Positions 27,066 through 41,112 of a stretch of 64,000 bases of DNA are shown one piece after another; positions within the stretch are counted from its first letter, which is position 1; each line of letters begins with the position of its first letter. Source of the DNA: Haliotis cracherodii. Its lineage: Eukaryota. The notes under the pieces are model-generated. The model was not told the origin of the DNA, made no database searches, and saw nothing but the letters and a program-made list of their open reading frames with translations. The translations under genes and the position numbers were made by a program. The stretch lies in assembly GCF_022045235.1 (NCBI RefSeq), contig NW_027266265.1, forward strand, positions 19,964,001-20,028,000. The letters are read 5' to 3'.

Positions 27066-28542
27066 TACTGAGTCAAATTAAAAACTTAACATTTTAAAAC
27101 GTAATCCCATATATGATATACAACGGACAAATGTATCAGAGAAGGTAATTTTTAATCATTAATGTCCAAAGAAGGATTTTAATTAACGGTGGTAACCATA
27201 ATTTGTTCCAGGCACCTACGGTATTCGGTAATAACATCAACAGTTTAAATCATAAGTCCCAAGCACGAGAATCTGATGGAACACAAGTTCAGTAGCGTGT
27301 ATGGCCACCATGTGCGTTGACAACTGCCGCACAACGCCTCCGCATGGACCTTGTGATGCTTGTGAACACATGATTGGGAAGACGACGCCATTGTTGCTGC
27401 AAAATGGTGCCAAGATCTTGTAAATTCTGTGGTTGGTTCTGGAGAGTGCGCAGACTTCTGCCAAGAGCATCCCAGACGTGTTCGATGGAATTGAGGTCGG
27501 GAGACCTTGACGGCCTGTCCATGACGTTGACACCCGCATTCTGAAGGAAATTCCTTGTCAAAATTGCTGTGTGGGGTCTGGCATTGTCGTGTTGGAAGAT
27601 CAAACCGGGTCCATGTGCTGCCATTAAAGGCAGAAGTTCTGGTGCCAGTACCTGGTCGCGGTAAGCAAGAAGCCTGGAACGTGCATTGCCACAGAAAGCA
27701 CCCCACACCATGACACTTCCGCCTCGAATCTGTCAACTTCCTGTACACAACACTGGGCGTAACGTTCATGACAGCGCCTCCACACCCTCGCCCTATAATC
27801 AGCAAATCGAAGATTAAATCGGGATTCATCACTGAAGACGACTTAATTGATTCCAATCCCTCTGAGTCCATGGTAAGTGTCGCTGTGCCCACAATTGACG
27901 TTGACGTCTGTGTAATTGAGTCACAATCGGCCCGCAGTATGGCCGTCGTGCTTGAAGGTGAGCAGTTCTCAGACGGTTTCGAACAGTTCATTTCTGGTTG
28001 ATGTAGCCGACAAAAATCGGTTACGGAGGTGACGTAAGACAATCTGACGATCCTCTGCATGTGATGTCAAACGTGGTCGACCTGGCCGAGGGCGATCAGC
28101 GGTGGTACCCGTTTGCTGTAGACGCGTCTGTAAATCATAAACAGTCCGTCGACTACAACCCATCGTCCTTGCGACTTCAGCTACGGACGTTCCCGTCTGC
28201 AACATGCCGATGGCACGTTCACGCTGCACATTTGAAAGGCGTGGCATGACAAATGGCAGTAAAGACATTTGTTTTCTTGTGTTTTTCTTTTTTTTTGTTA
28301 ATGACTGCTATCAAGTATGGCTGAAAACAAGTGCGGGATTATGGCCACGTGACTATAGTTGCACATGAAAAAACACTTTTGCCACTATAGTACTGTGCAC
28401 ATGATTTTGATCGATTCACCTGCACAAAAACGGGTGTTATCTGAAGACAATACGTGGCCATTACTGTTTAAATACACAATAAGGGCCCACTGGTCAAAAT
28501 GTTAAAGTTGTAGGATTGTGAAGTTTTTAATTTGGTTCAGTA
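27066..28542 (-). mobile_element. Tc1-family (DD34E) DNA transposon with frameshifted, partly deleted transposase
   Basis: 26-bp TIRs (tactgagtcaaattaaaaacttaaca; 3 mismatches between ends) with TA on both sides. Transposase pieces from ATG 28247 to 27289: HTH, RPRPGRPR, SDES, MVWGA, and FQHDNARPH...SPDLNSIEHVW with 34 residues between D and E. Confidence 0.93.
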
Positions 28543-29130
28543 TAGATTGTACGTCTTTGGATAAACGTATATAGATCTACCAGTATGGCTTTAACGTTTT
28601 TGATAACAGCCTTGTGAATGTTAGGCAAGTATTGTCTTTTTTTAAAGGAACTTTCACTGATATGACATTAAATTCATTAGATTTATATGTGTCTCCAACT
28701 GTCAATGAAATATATTACTGGCTTCTGGACCTGAGTGAGGTTCGTTTCGGTTCAACTCTCCAAAACGACTCCTTTGCCCGGATTTTATTTACTTCCGGCT
28801 ACAAAGCTTGCCTCAGCGCTAGCGCTTGTTTGTATTGATTACTTGTACATGCTTTTCGTCGCCGTAAACTATGGAGACCATAGCCCATAAGTCTAAAGTG
28901 TTAATTGAAAATACTTGAACAAAACGTCATAGGCGGACAGTACTATGGCCATGTGAATGTCACAGCTAGTTCGGTGTTACTCAGGTGTTGGAGAAGCAAG
29001 TCTGCTCTCTGATAGCGTGTCAGTGATGCAAAATGTAGCCATTTTGCGACCTGTAGGCTGCATCCAACTTGTCCATGTACAATTGACAATCTAAATGTTG
29101 TTGTTGGGTATAACGCATCAATATATTGTT

Positions 29131-32100
29131 ATGACTGCTACAAAGGATTTTCAAACGGACGAGCTGGATTCAATTCTAAATGTCTTGTGGCTGTCTGCAA
29201 ATGACGCCCTGGACAGTTTTGGAGGTGAGAGTACAATCAGTCTATAAGTTGTGTGTAGGAGTGTTTTTATTGTCAGCAATGTTACATACGATAAACTGTA
29301 ACAGTATAAGGAATGTCGGTAAACAAAACCAGTCAAATGACCACTTACATTTACAGGAGATCATGGCATATATGGGTCATTCTCTAAAAAAGTAACATTT
29401 TGGCCTATGAAAAATCAACAAATCAGAATTCATTTTTGAAATGTTTTTGTTGAGCAGATAAACAACATAACAATTACTGAATACAAGTCTAAAATATGCA
29501 GGCTTAATATGTCTTATTTTCCTTTTTGCAGAAAACTATTTCTGGCATCTCTGTACCAAATGTCTGTGCTGTTACCGTGCATAAAAATCAGTTTTTGTCA
29601 CCAAACATAAATCTAAAATGAATAAAATTTATGATATGGTTGTTGCATTTTGGCATAGTTCAAATGTCAAAAGCTTTAAAATTTCATTTATTGGCTTTAC
29701 TATACTATTAGACTGTAAATATATGCATACAATGGAATTATTTGCAAAAAGATGTACGATAAACTTGTCTACTTCTTACACTGAAATGGAACTACCATAA
29801 TTCTATAAGGTAATAATAGTTATTACACTCATTTTATGAATTATATATATTTTTGTCAGCAGAGTTGAACCAATTTTAACTTTTGAGATGGCAGAAACCT
29901 TGTGACAGGAAAGACATTCACGGTAACAGGACAGACAACATGGTAACAGGAAAGACAAAATATTTTGTAATTGCCAAAACTATAATAACTATTTCTGTGT
30001 TCTGTGTTTCAGAAGTAAAGGTAGTCAAAAAAAGGGAAACTCAATGAATGTGCATATCAAAGCGTTAGGTGTATTTTGTATCTGACCTTAATTAGATAAA
30101 AATGTGAGGTTTGGTAACAGCACAGACAAGCAAAAATTCATAAACCAATATTATGTGGAATTGCTCATCTCAAAAATAGAACTTGATCAGAAACTCTACC
30201 AACAACCTTAATGGCACTTTTTGAGGTTATTGTTGCTTATTCCAAGCATAAACCTGTAAGGAAACAAGAATAGTCAACTTTCAAAACTTCAACAGTAACA
30301 TATTTGCACTTTTACCAAATGATAGCATTATATGATAACATTCAGTAAATCATTCTTGACCTCATTCATGTGCACATATAAACACAGGTTATTGTTTGCC
30401 ATGAATTGTTTCCAACATATCTTCCCACAAAGAAGACTCAACACAATAGTCAGAGGACAGTGATATTTTGGAAGGCTCTGGTACAAAGCTAACTATGTCC
30501 TTAAATTGGTATCAGCATTTGTCTTTAAGTTTGCGTGGCCAGAAGAAACAATTTGCATTCCCGTGCTTTCCCGCGTTATGCATATATTCCACAAAAACTT
30601 CACCTAGCTCTATATCTTCAACATAACCAGGATATGATATGTTATACACAATGACAACGAATTTCCCGGGGCATTCATTTGTATCAACTGGCTGGTGTAT
30701 TTCCTTTTGTCTTTCCATCTTATCATCATCTGAACTTTGTACCATTTCCTTACTTGTCTTTTGGTGAATTTCATCATCATTCAGACTCTCCATTCTGTCA
30801 ACACACACCTCCACTTCTCTCTTTCCCCGACTCATACACTCCATTCTGTCAGCACACACCTCCACTTCTCTCATTCCCCCACTCATACACTCCATTCTGT
30901 CAACACACACCTCCACTTCTCTCTTTCCCCCACTCATACACTCCATTCTGTCAGCACACACCTCCACTTCTCTCATTCCCCCACTCATACACTCCATTCT
31001 GTCAGCACACACCTCCACTTCTCTCTTTCCCCGACTCATACACTCCATTCTGTCAACACACACCTCCACTTCTCTCTTTCCCCCACTCATACACTCCATT
31101 CTGTCAGCACACACCTCCACTTCTCTCTTTCCCCCACTCATACACTCCATTCTGTCAGCACACACCTCCACTTCTCTCTTTCCCCGTCTCATACACTCCA
31201 TTCTGTCAACACACACCTCCACTTCTCTCTTTCCCCCACTTATACACTCCATTCTGTCAACACACACCTCCACTTCTCTCTTTCCCCCACTCATACACTC
31301 CATTCTGTCAGCACACACCTCCACTTCTCTCTTTCCCCCACTCATACACTCCATTCTGTCAGCACACACCTCCACTTCTCTCTTTCCCCCACTCATACAC
31401 TCCATTCTGTCAGCACACACCTCCACTTCTCTCTTTCCCCCACTCATACACTCCATTCTGTCAACACACACCTCCACTTCTCTCTTTCCCCCACTCATAC
31501 ACTCCATTCTGTCAGCACACACCTCCACTTCTCTCTTTCCCTCATGCACAGACACGGTGTTTGAAGTGATCATGTAAAATTACTTTCATTCAAAGTTGCT
31601 AAATATGTTACATTTCTTAATTATGTACAACAGTAGGGCGAGCAAATTGAATAATTGTTCATTATTTGTGTCAACTTGGTAAATAAATCAAATGTCTTTG
31701 CTGTCACTGAAAAGTGTCTGTGCTGTTACTATTAAATGTCTGTGCTGTTACCAAAGTTCTACTGTGCAGTGTAATCAGTGTTTATTGACCCAAATGTTAA
31801 TGGAAATTCAATTTTTCCGGTAACTAACAAAAGCCTAAGAGATAGAGTTTTAAAGACACTGAAACATTGAACAAAACTTTCTCAAAATCTCTATTAAACA
31901 CTAAATGTCTGTGCTGTTACTGTTACGTGTCTGTGCTGTCACAGTCACTCATAGACACTGTGTTTGAAGTGATCATGTAACATTACTTTCATTTAAATTT
32001 GCTAAATATGTTACATTTCTGAATCATGTACAACAGTAATGCGAGTAAATGAATAATTGTTCATTATTTGTGTCAACATGATAAAAAATCCTAAAATGTC

Positions 32101-35100
32101 TTTGCTGTCACTGAAATGTGTCTGTGATGTCACTATTAAAAGTCTGTGCTGTTACCAAAGATCTACTGTGCAGTGTAATCAGTATTTATTGACCCAAATG
32201 TTGATAATCTTCAGATTTTCATGCAACAAACAAACATACAAAATACATTACCATTCATGTTTTCTTTGTCTTTTAATATATATATGTTGAAACATTTATT
32301 GAACACTATATGTCTGTGCTGTCGCCTAAATATGTCTGTCCTGTCACTTTTTTTAAGGTGACAGCAGAGACAGTGACAGGAGACACAAACTATGACATAA
32401 TGCCAGCTTAGGACAATGACTTCTCTCTTGCACTAAAAAAAGCACACTGGTTGAGTTCCATTCTGACAGTCAAATATGCTCATTATATTTGATTTTTTTA
32501 ATAACAATTCCGGAACCCAAAATGCATGGTTACAGCACAGACACCTACAAAAAGTACACATCAAAAGACAACATTTACCAGTTATTTTGAAGACACTGCA
32601 CCAATATGAATTGCTTGAGCATATGGTGCCATGATAGTACTGGAAAGGAAGAGACCTGCAAAGACCTTAGCCTTCTGGCTTACCAAAGGAGCAATTATTA
32701 TTTGTACTTGTACTACCTGGTGACAGGACAGACACGATTACTCTGGACACGATTACTGTTTCCAAAAATAATGTTTCCAAGTGGAAAATCATCAGCTTTT
32801 CTGCTGTTATCTGCCTTTCATGATGTCATGCTACATAAATCACCAGGGCTTTGGGAAGTATTTGTTCCCAGAGACTAAAGATAATTTGAGAAAGTTTGAT
32901 TTTTTATTTGTGGACAACAAGTTTCTGCACATTTCTGCACATTAAAGGTATTGTTCTGGCTAACATAAGGTTATAGCAGTAATTTGATCAGAATATTGCA
33001 TAAATCTGATAAATATCTTCATTGTCAAGTAATCTGAAAACAGAATTATGAGTTGTTTTCAAGAAAATTCATTTGGACAGGAAATGTTACTTTTTTAGAG
33101 AATGACCCATATATATGTTATAAGTTGTAGCAGGATCACGATGGGTACATGGGGTTTGATGCGTCCCTGTTATGGGATGCATAAAACCCCTTGTACGCTT
33201 CGTGATCCTGCTACAACAAAGTTATCTTACCCCATGTACCCCTCGTGATCCTGCAACAACAAAGTTATCTTACCTCATGTACCCCTCGTGATCCTGCTAC
33301 AACAAAGTTATCTTACCCCATGTACCCCTCGTGATCCTGCAACAACAAAGTTATCTTACCTCATGTACCCCTCGTGATCCTGCAACAACAAAGTTATCTT
33401 ACCCCATGTACCCCTCGTGATCCTGCAACAACAAAGTTATCTTACCTCATGTACCCCTCGTGATCCTGCTACAACAAAGTTATCTTACCCCATGTACCCC
33501 TCGTGATCCTGCTACAACAAAGTTATCTTACCCCATGTACCCCTCGTGATCCTGCAACAACAAAGTTATCTTACCTCATGTACCCCTCGTGATCCTGCAA
33601 CAACAAAGTTATCTTACCCCATGTACCCCTCGTGATCCTGCTACAACAAATTTATCTTACCCCATGTACCCCTCGTGATCCTGCAACAACAAAGTTATCT
33701 TACCTCATGTACCCCTCGTGATCCTGCTACAACAAATTTATCTTACCTCATGTACCCCTCATGATCCTGCAACAACAAATTTATCTTACCTCATGTACCC
33801 CTCATGATCCTGCTACAACAAATTTATCTTACCTCATGTACCCCTCGTGATCCTGCAACAACAAAGTTATCTTACCTCATGTACCCCTCGTGATCCTGCT
33901 ACAACAAATTTATCTTACCCCATGTACCCCTCATGATCCTGCAACAACAAAGTTATCTTACCTCATGTACCCCTCGTGATCCTGCAACAACAAAGTTATC
34001 TTACCTCATGTACCCCTCGTGATCCTGCTACAACAAATTTATCTTACCTCATGTACCCCTCGTGATCCTGCTACAACAAATTTATCTTACCCCATGTACC
34101 CCTCGTGATCCTGCAACAACAAAGTTATCTTACCTCATGTACCCCTCGTGATCCTGCTACAACAAATTTATCTTACCTCATGTACCCCTCATGATCCTGC
34201 AACAACAAAGTTATCTTACCTCATGTACCCCTCGTGATCCTGCTACAACAAAGTTATCTTACCTCATGTACCCCTCGTGATCCTGCTACAACAAATTTAT
34301 CTTACCAACATCTTTTAATGTGACACTGTAAAAGAATTGACACAAATTCAAAATTAATAGAAAACAGCTGTTGAGCTATGTCACATGAATTCCATTGACT
34401 TGGGGTGTGGGGTGTGTGGCTTTTTGCGTTGAAAGTGGGGTATGGGGGATTTTGTCTGCCTCTCGGACATCCATGTGCAGCCTGCATTGCTTGTGGCGGG
34501 GTATAAGAGATTTATTCCCCCGCTGAGAAATTTATTACCCGCCAAGGGCCAAGGCGGGTAAGGCAGTATTTTATCCAGATGATGTGTACCAATCATATCT
34601 CATCATTCTGACATGGACATGACTGATGAAGGTTTGATAATATCATTAATACCCCAGTTGGAGTAAAACAAGTTAAACCGAGGTATGAATAATGAACAAC
34701 AGATAATTTGTGATGTTTCGATTTGGGAAACATATCCAACGTTTAGCGCTAAACATGCAGTTGTGTTATAGATATATTTACCATGCCATTCATGGATAAA
34801 TTCTACACTTTGAACCAACATTATTTTTAGGAAATATTCACCTCATAAACAAAGGAATTGCCTATGACTGGGTGAGCAACATAACCAGTTACTATAGAGA
34901 CAATTTCCGCATGTGGGACATTAGTGCTATTGAAAATAGAGGACAATACAGGGGACTGACAATGCATCATTGGGGGTACACTGTATCATACTTCATTTGA
35001 TGTATTCAATGCCAATCTGTGGTTACCCCAGCCTTATTATAGCACACAAGTTTATTCATTTGACCGAGGTTTGTTATCTAAATCCTTATCCATGTTAACC

Positions 35101-38100
35101 GCCCATTTTTGAAATGTGAGCAGTATTTGATGGTATTTGAACTGCAGCCTAAAGTGAGCAACTATCATGTTGTTGAACATGTGATGCTGTTCATTGGATA
35201 GAGAGAATATCGCAAATTACCTATTGCATTAACCAATAAATGAATACCAATGCATGTATGTTTGTGTTAGTTTAGCAGACATATAGTTTCTTAGATACTT
35301 CAAGTACCTGAAACTCAGTGTTTTGCTTTCATTTATTAATAGCATGTTTCAGCATGTGTGTCCCCTGGCTCTGTGTTTAGCTCAGACTATGGCCAGTTCA
35401 CTTGTGTCCCCGGGATCTGTGTTTAGCTCAGACTATGGCCAGTTCACATGTGTCCCCTGGCTCTGTGTTTAGCTCAGACTATGGCCAGTTCACTTGTGTC
35501 CCCGGGCTCTGTGTTTAGCTCAGACTATGGCCAGTTCATGTGTCCCCAGGCTCTGTGTTTAGCTCGACCATGGCCAGTTCATGTTTCACCTGGCTCTGTG
35601 TTTAGCTCAGACTATGGCCAGTTCATATGTGTCCCCTGGCTCTGTGTTTAGCTCAGACTATGGCCAGTTCATGTGTGTCCCCTGGCTCTGTGTTTAGCTC
35701 AGACTATGGCCAGTTCATGTGTTTCACCTGGCTCTGTGTTTAGCTCAGACTATGGCTAGTTCATGTGTTTCACCTGGCTTTGTGTTTAGCTCAGACTATG
35801 GCTAGTTCATGTGTGTCCCCTGGCTCTGTGTTCAGCTCAGACTATGGCCAGTTCATGTGTTTCCCCTGGCTCTGTGTTTAGCTCAGGCTATGGCTAGTTC
35901 ATGTGTTTCACCTGGCTCTGTGTTTAGCTCAGACTATGGCCAGTTCATATGTTTCACCTGGCTCTGTGTTTAGCTCAGACTATGGCCAGTTCATGTGTGT
36001 CCCCTGGCTCTGTGTTTAGCTCAGACTATGGCCAGTTCATGTGTGTCCCCTGGCTCTGTGTTTAGCTCAGACTATGGTCAGTTCATGTGTCCCTGGGCTC
36101 TGTGTTTAGCTCAGACTATGGCCAGTTCATGTGTGTCCCCTGGCTCTGTGTTTAGCTCAGACTATGGCCAGTTCATGTGTGTCCCCTGGCTCTGTGTTTA
36201 GCTCAGACTATGGCCAGTTAATGTGTTTCACCTGGCTCTGTGTTTAGCTCAGACTATGGCCAGTTCATGTGTGTCCCCTGGCTCTGTGTTTAGCTCAGAC
36301 TATGGCCAGTTCATGTGTGTCCCCTGGCTCTGTGTTTAGCTCAGACTATGGCCAGTTCATGTGTGTCCCCTGGCTCTGTGTTTAGCTCAGACTATGGCCA
36401 GTTCATGTGTCCCCTGGCTCTGTGTTTAGCTCAGACTTTGGCCAGTTCATGTGTTTCACCTGGCTCTGTGTTTAGCTCAGACTATGGCCAGTTCATGTGT
36501 TTCACCTGGCTCTTTGTTTAGCTCAGACTATGGCTAGTTCATGTGTCTCCTGGTTCTGTGTTTAGCTTGACTATGGCCAGTTCATGTGTGTCCCCTGGCT
36601 CTGTGTTTAGCTCAGACTATGGTCAGTTCACGTGTGTCCCCTGGCTCTGTGTTTAGCTCAGGCTATGGTCAGTTCATGTGTTTCACCTGGCTCTGTGTTT
36701 AGCTCAGACTATGGCCAGTTCATGTGTGTCCCCTGGCTCTGTGTTTAGCTCAGACTATGGCCAGTTCATGTGTGTCCACTAGGTCTGTGTTTAGCTCAGA
36801 CTATGGCCAGTTCACGTGTGTCCCCGGTGAGCAACTCTGATTATTAATTTAACACGAAGCTGGGTGGACACAAGACTCAAGATCAGTTGTTTGCAACATG
36901 TTGAATAAGAATGCAGGGGACTACCTGTAGTGTCTTCTGTTGTCAAGAACTGGTCCCCTCACTAGTCAAATACTATACAAGTGTATGTGAGTGGGCACTT
37001 TTGGCTATTAACAATAAGATTTTCTACATGATGGAAACATTCACCGATCTTTATTATTTGTCATGATGTTGTGTTTAGTGGAAGGTGGTGTTTTTCTTCT
37101 TCGTGGTGACTAGTTCTCTCAACATACAGCTTGTCATGGGCAAATCAGCAGGACAAGGAGACATTTAATACTTCATTAGCAATGGTCTGGTGGGTGAGTG
37201 TTATTGTCTATCTCTATTCCTGCCATTATGTTAGATGAAATAATTGATGAAAACAGGTCAAAAGATGAAAACTTGTCATTGTTTCAGAAATGTGGTACCA
37301 GATCTTCTTGTGGGCCCTGTTCTCCTCAATGTTTGTCCATGTGATAGCTTCTCTTATTGCTGTGTGCAGACTGAGGAAGCACAAACTGGGCCGATGGATT
37401 CCAGTTGTGATTGTGGCAATGGGAGTCTTATCTCCTCTCACCGGAGGTGTCGTTACAAGTAGGTCTTACACACCATTCTTGCAAAGTAGTTAACAAAGTT
37501 AGTCATCGTGCATCATGAACGTCTTGGATATATTTAGATAAAAAAAATTAATGAAATGATTTTTTAAAAATATGAATATTTAATTAATAATTTAATAGTA
37601 AATAATTAGGAGATAAACACACTGTCTTCAATTTAAAATTTGTACATGATGTATATCTCCATTGTACCATAAGAAAGTAACATGCAAACTTCTTGGATTT
37701 GGTAGAGCTCAGTGTTTTGTGTGAGGCTTCGATCTGAATTAAGGAAACACTGACACTTGCCTGTCAAAAAGTATGGTGCTGTGCTCAAGCATTGTTGTTT
37801 TACATCATAATTTACCCATATGTATTTCAGGCTTGAAAGTGTGTAGCAAAGCAACTCCCTAAGCTAAGACAAAGTTATCATCCCTAAAGAAAATGAAGCA
37901 AGACTTGCATGGTTTAGTACTAAATGTATACACTGCACATCACTATTATAATATCACACTGCTTATTATGATGCATAGGATATGACACAACAGTCTGGTA
38001 TAGACACCAACTTTCAAGCTCACGGTTGTCTCCAAACTTGAGATACCTGTTATGTTTTCTTTTCCAACATCTGTTGCCACATAAATTTTGAATATTGAAA

Positions 38101-38570
38101 CAACGTTTGGTAACCTATAATTGTACAAGCACTATTTCTAAATGCCTACTGACAATGATTTGGAATTTTTTATTTTCTATAAATGTTTGTTTCCGTTGTT
38201 ATGCGGTAGTCAAATCAGCTGTTTGACCAGTCAGAATTTCAAATTTTCCAAATTCATGATTGATTCACAGTTAATGCATCCTTTTCTTGTCATAGTTCTG
38301 TAATAATGTTTAAAATAGTCAAGGTCAAAATAACTAAGTACATGCAATACTTTTGTTTCAACACTATTAGTTGAGGCTCAAATAAGCAGATTTACAAAGT
38401 GAAGGTACTGTCTTTAATTCTGCTTATTCTGTGTTTTAGGTGCTGTTATTGCAGGAGTGTTCCGAGCTTCAGACTTTGTCATCACACCGTTCTATGCCCT
38501 TGTGTGTGGAGTGGGTCAGACTATCATTGTCATGTTTATATCCTTCACCAGGATCCTGGCTACATTGTGA
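29131..38570 (+). CDS. TMEM170A: Transmembrane protein 170 (TMEM170A/B homologue), 3 exons, 131 aa
   Basis: Exons 29131-29224, 37288-37458 and 38440-38570, phase-consistent. Reads ...SFGEMWYQIFLWALFSS...LRKHKLGRWI...PLTGGVVTSAVIAGVFRA...GVGQT...SFTRILATL*, which matches the TMEM170 family. The A/B distinction does not apply outside vertebrates. Confidence 0.93.
29374..33108 (-). mobile_element. internally deleted TIR DNA transposon, Sola2-like
   Basis: Perfect 27-bp TIRs GGGTCATTCTCTAAAAAAGTAACATTT (29374-29400 and 33082-33108) flanked by ATAT on both sides. Transposase C-terminal remnant GKFVVIVYNISYPGYVE...CFFWPRKLKDKC*YQFKDIVSFVPEP at ~30470-30670. Dispersed motif tgtctgtgctgttac occurs in both orientations. 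The superfamily assignment is inference. Confidence 0.75.
30788..31545. repeat. 51-bp minisatellite, ~15 copies, inside the transposon
   Basis: Period 51 (30788, 30839); translates as GKREVEVCADRMECMSG on the minus strand. Confidence 0.95.
33124..34305. repeat. 94-nt hairpin followed by a 43-bp minisatellite (~25 copies) derived from its arm
   Basis: Hairpin at 33124-33217. Unit aaagttatcttacctcatgtacccctcgtgatcctgctacaac; period 43 (33261, 33304). Confidence 0.93.
35353..36826. repeat. 44-46-bp minisatellite, ~32 copies, in TMEM170 intron 1
   Basis: Unit tgtgtcccctggctctgtgtttagctcagactatggccagttcatg; period 46 (36241, 36287). Confidence 0.95.
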
Positions 38571-41112
38571 ATGTCATACAAGCAGTAGTCAAGTACTAAA
38601 TGGACTTTAGTGTATGTGATGCCAGATATGTTGTGTGGTTAATGATGGGCTTGTGATATTGGTGAGACTTGGACATGCCTCACTGAACCACGTCTACCTA
38701 GCTGTAGAAGTTAAGAACTGGTGTTGTCAATTAACTGAAGTTCTGTTGTTTAGTTGGATCAATAACTCTTCCCTCATCTTCACAAGGTGGCATTAGGACG
38801 TGCTCTTGTGAATGCTCTCGAAGGTAGAGGTCCAACTCAACTTGACCAACATTGGTCAACAAGATGAACATTTAAATTCCAAATGACATTAATTGTATCT
38901 GGAGAAATTTCCAGAAATAACATGGGAGAAGAATTCATATTAAATTGGGGAGTGATGATGGTGATGGGAGCTTTTGCTTCCAACTATGAACTACATGTAT
39001 TTGTGAAATCATTGAACAGTGAAGTCATTGTACCAGAGATATGCAAGTGTAGTAAATTCAAATGTATGGATGCTTGTACATTGAATAAATATCTGTAATG
39101 TACTGATACAGTGTTGTTATTTTGTGTAGCTGAACATGGCAACCATGAAAAGTGACCTGTTTATGGCTGATGTGGTCAACATATTGAAAATTTGATTTGA
39201 CCCTCTTGAACAAATGCAGGTGTCATCATTGTGCGGAACAAGTGAGTTTCAGCTTCAGTGGAAAATTGGTTTATGAGGTGATTAAGTTTAAAGTGTAGGA
39301 GATAAATAGAATTTCAAACTGGTCACTAACACTGTATGACTCACGAGGCGTCCTCAGATTTTCATGATTTCATGCAGAGAGGCATTGTTTCAGAGTAAGA
39401 GGTCTCCTATTAATGAGATTGGGTAACACATAATCAAATAATGAAACAAATGGCATCTCACTTGGAAGTATTTAATTCATGTAGTTAGGTCACAATACAT
39501 GACAATGAACAATGCAAGAGACTGGAAGCTGTAACAGAGCAAAGATATGCTATGTCAAAATAATGACTTCTTGCTTTCTCCACTATTGCCACCATACAGA
39601 AAATACTCTCAAATCTAGACAATGTTTTGAAAAAAAAGTCTTCAGAATTGAATATCTGAGATTCTTAAGATGTTGGACAATGTGATAACACCTTTGAATA
39701 CATTTATTTTATTTGTGGGAATACTGCACATAAATTAAATAAAATAATTAAAGGATGAATGGTTGATGAGATAATAATACTACAACCGATAAATAAATTA
39801 TGTTCATGTGAACATAAGCATCTACATTTTGAATTTCTTAACATGATTATTTTTTACTCTCAATAATAAAGTATCATCAATGTTTTTTTGTATTAAGTGA
39901 ATTTGTTTTATACTGTGGCAGGAATGATTGGCTAAGTAACGGAAAGTTTCGAATACTGTACATGAACAAAATCATATCATAAACAGTTTTTCTGGCACAA
40001 AGTAGCAGCCCGACATATTAAGTATGTCAAGTCAGCTTTGTTGAGCATACTGGCCCTCCAGTTACTGTTGGTGATATGAGCAATGATCAAGTTGATAAGG
40101 AATTCTACACAGGACGACCTAAATAAGATAAAGCACTGCTTAGATCATTACTATTTACAAATAGAAATTTCTTTGGTTAGTCATTTTCAATAAATCTAGA
40201 ATGCCACGATATATCATGAATGATGATATAATATTATGGCCCTGACATGTCAAAGAGCATACCTGAAAGAGACCAAATAATGAGGCTTTGCTTTGAGCTG
40301 TAAATATTGTTATACTTGTATGTCCTATTATATGTGTACCATAGAAAGCTTGATATCATTTAACTATGATGTGATTGCACTATTATTCCAGAATATCTAC
40401 AAAACACTGGCACTTTTTGAATGGTCAAGGGGAGACAACTCACATTTTATTTGTTCACCCCTTGACAAAAGGCCACACCAAATTAATTATTTGTTCTTCA
40501 GATTTCTTTCCCAGGTCTTTCCTTTGGCTGCCTCACATTTTATGCCAGTAACCGTTATAGCAAAGTAGATGTGTAAGTACAGGTAGCAAAATATGGTAAA
40601 CCTGATTCTGTCTATGAAACAATAAAGTATTCCATCTTTTTTGTCCCAAATGAACTCACATGGAAGTCAGCTTGTTCTTTTCTTGCTAATGGATATCAAG
40701 TACACATATTTACTGATCTTTCTATCATTTCAAATATCCTTTGTCTCCTACATGTATATGTGTTCAGCTGTTGGAATGTCCTGCAGACTCCTGGTCATTG
40801 CACGGTCCAGCGGCAAGCACTAATGGCAAACAAAAAAACTACAGACATGACACATCATCTAGTCGGTTTCCTAAGCGTACAACACAGACAATATATACAA
40901 CATAATTCACAGACAAATGTCTCCCTGTGGCACAGTTGGTATTACCCTGGCCCACAGCTAGCCTACAGATCCTGGGTACAAGAACTGGCACAGGACCTCG
41001 GATACATGGGCTATCAGTCCTCTGTATAACAGTGTGTTTATAGTCCGATGACATTTGGTGGAGTCAGATCAGGCAGGCAATACACCCTGGCCCTGTTCTT
41101 ACTATATGGTCA

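Noticed and set aside
30679-31569. 296-aa and 275-aa plus-strand ORFs
   Set aside because: They are translations of the 51-bp repeat, with no independent domain or splice support.
4133-36826. Regular short repeats as CRISPR arrays
   Set aside because: The units are head-to-tail with no unique spacers, there are no cas genes, and the context is eukaryotic.
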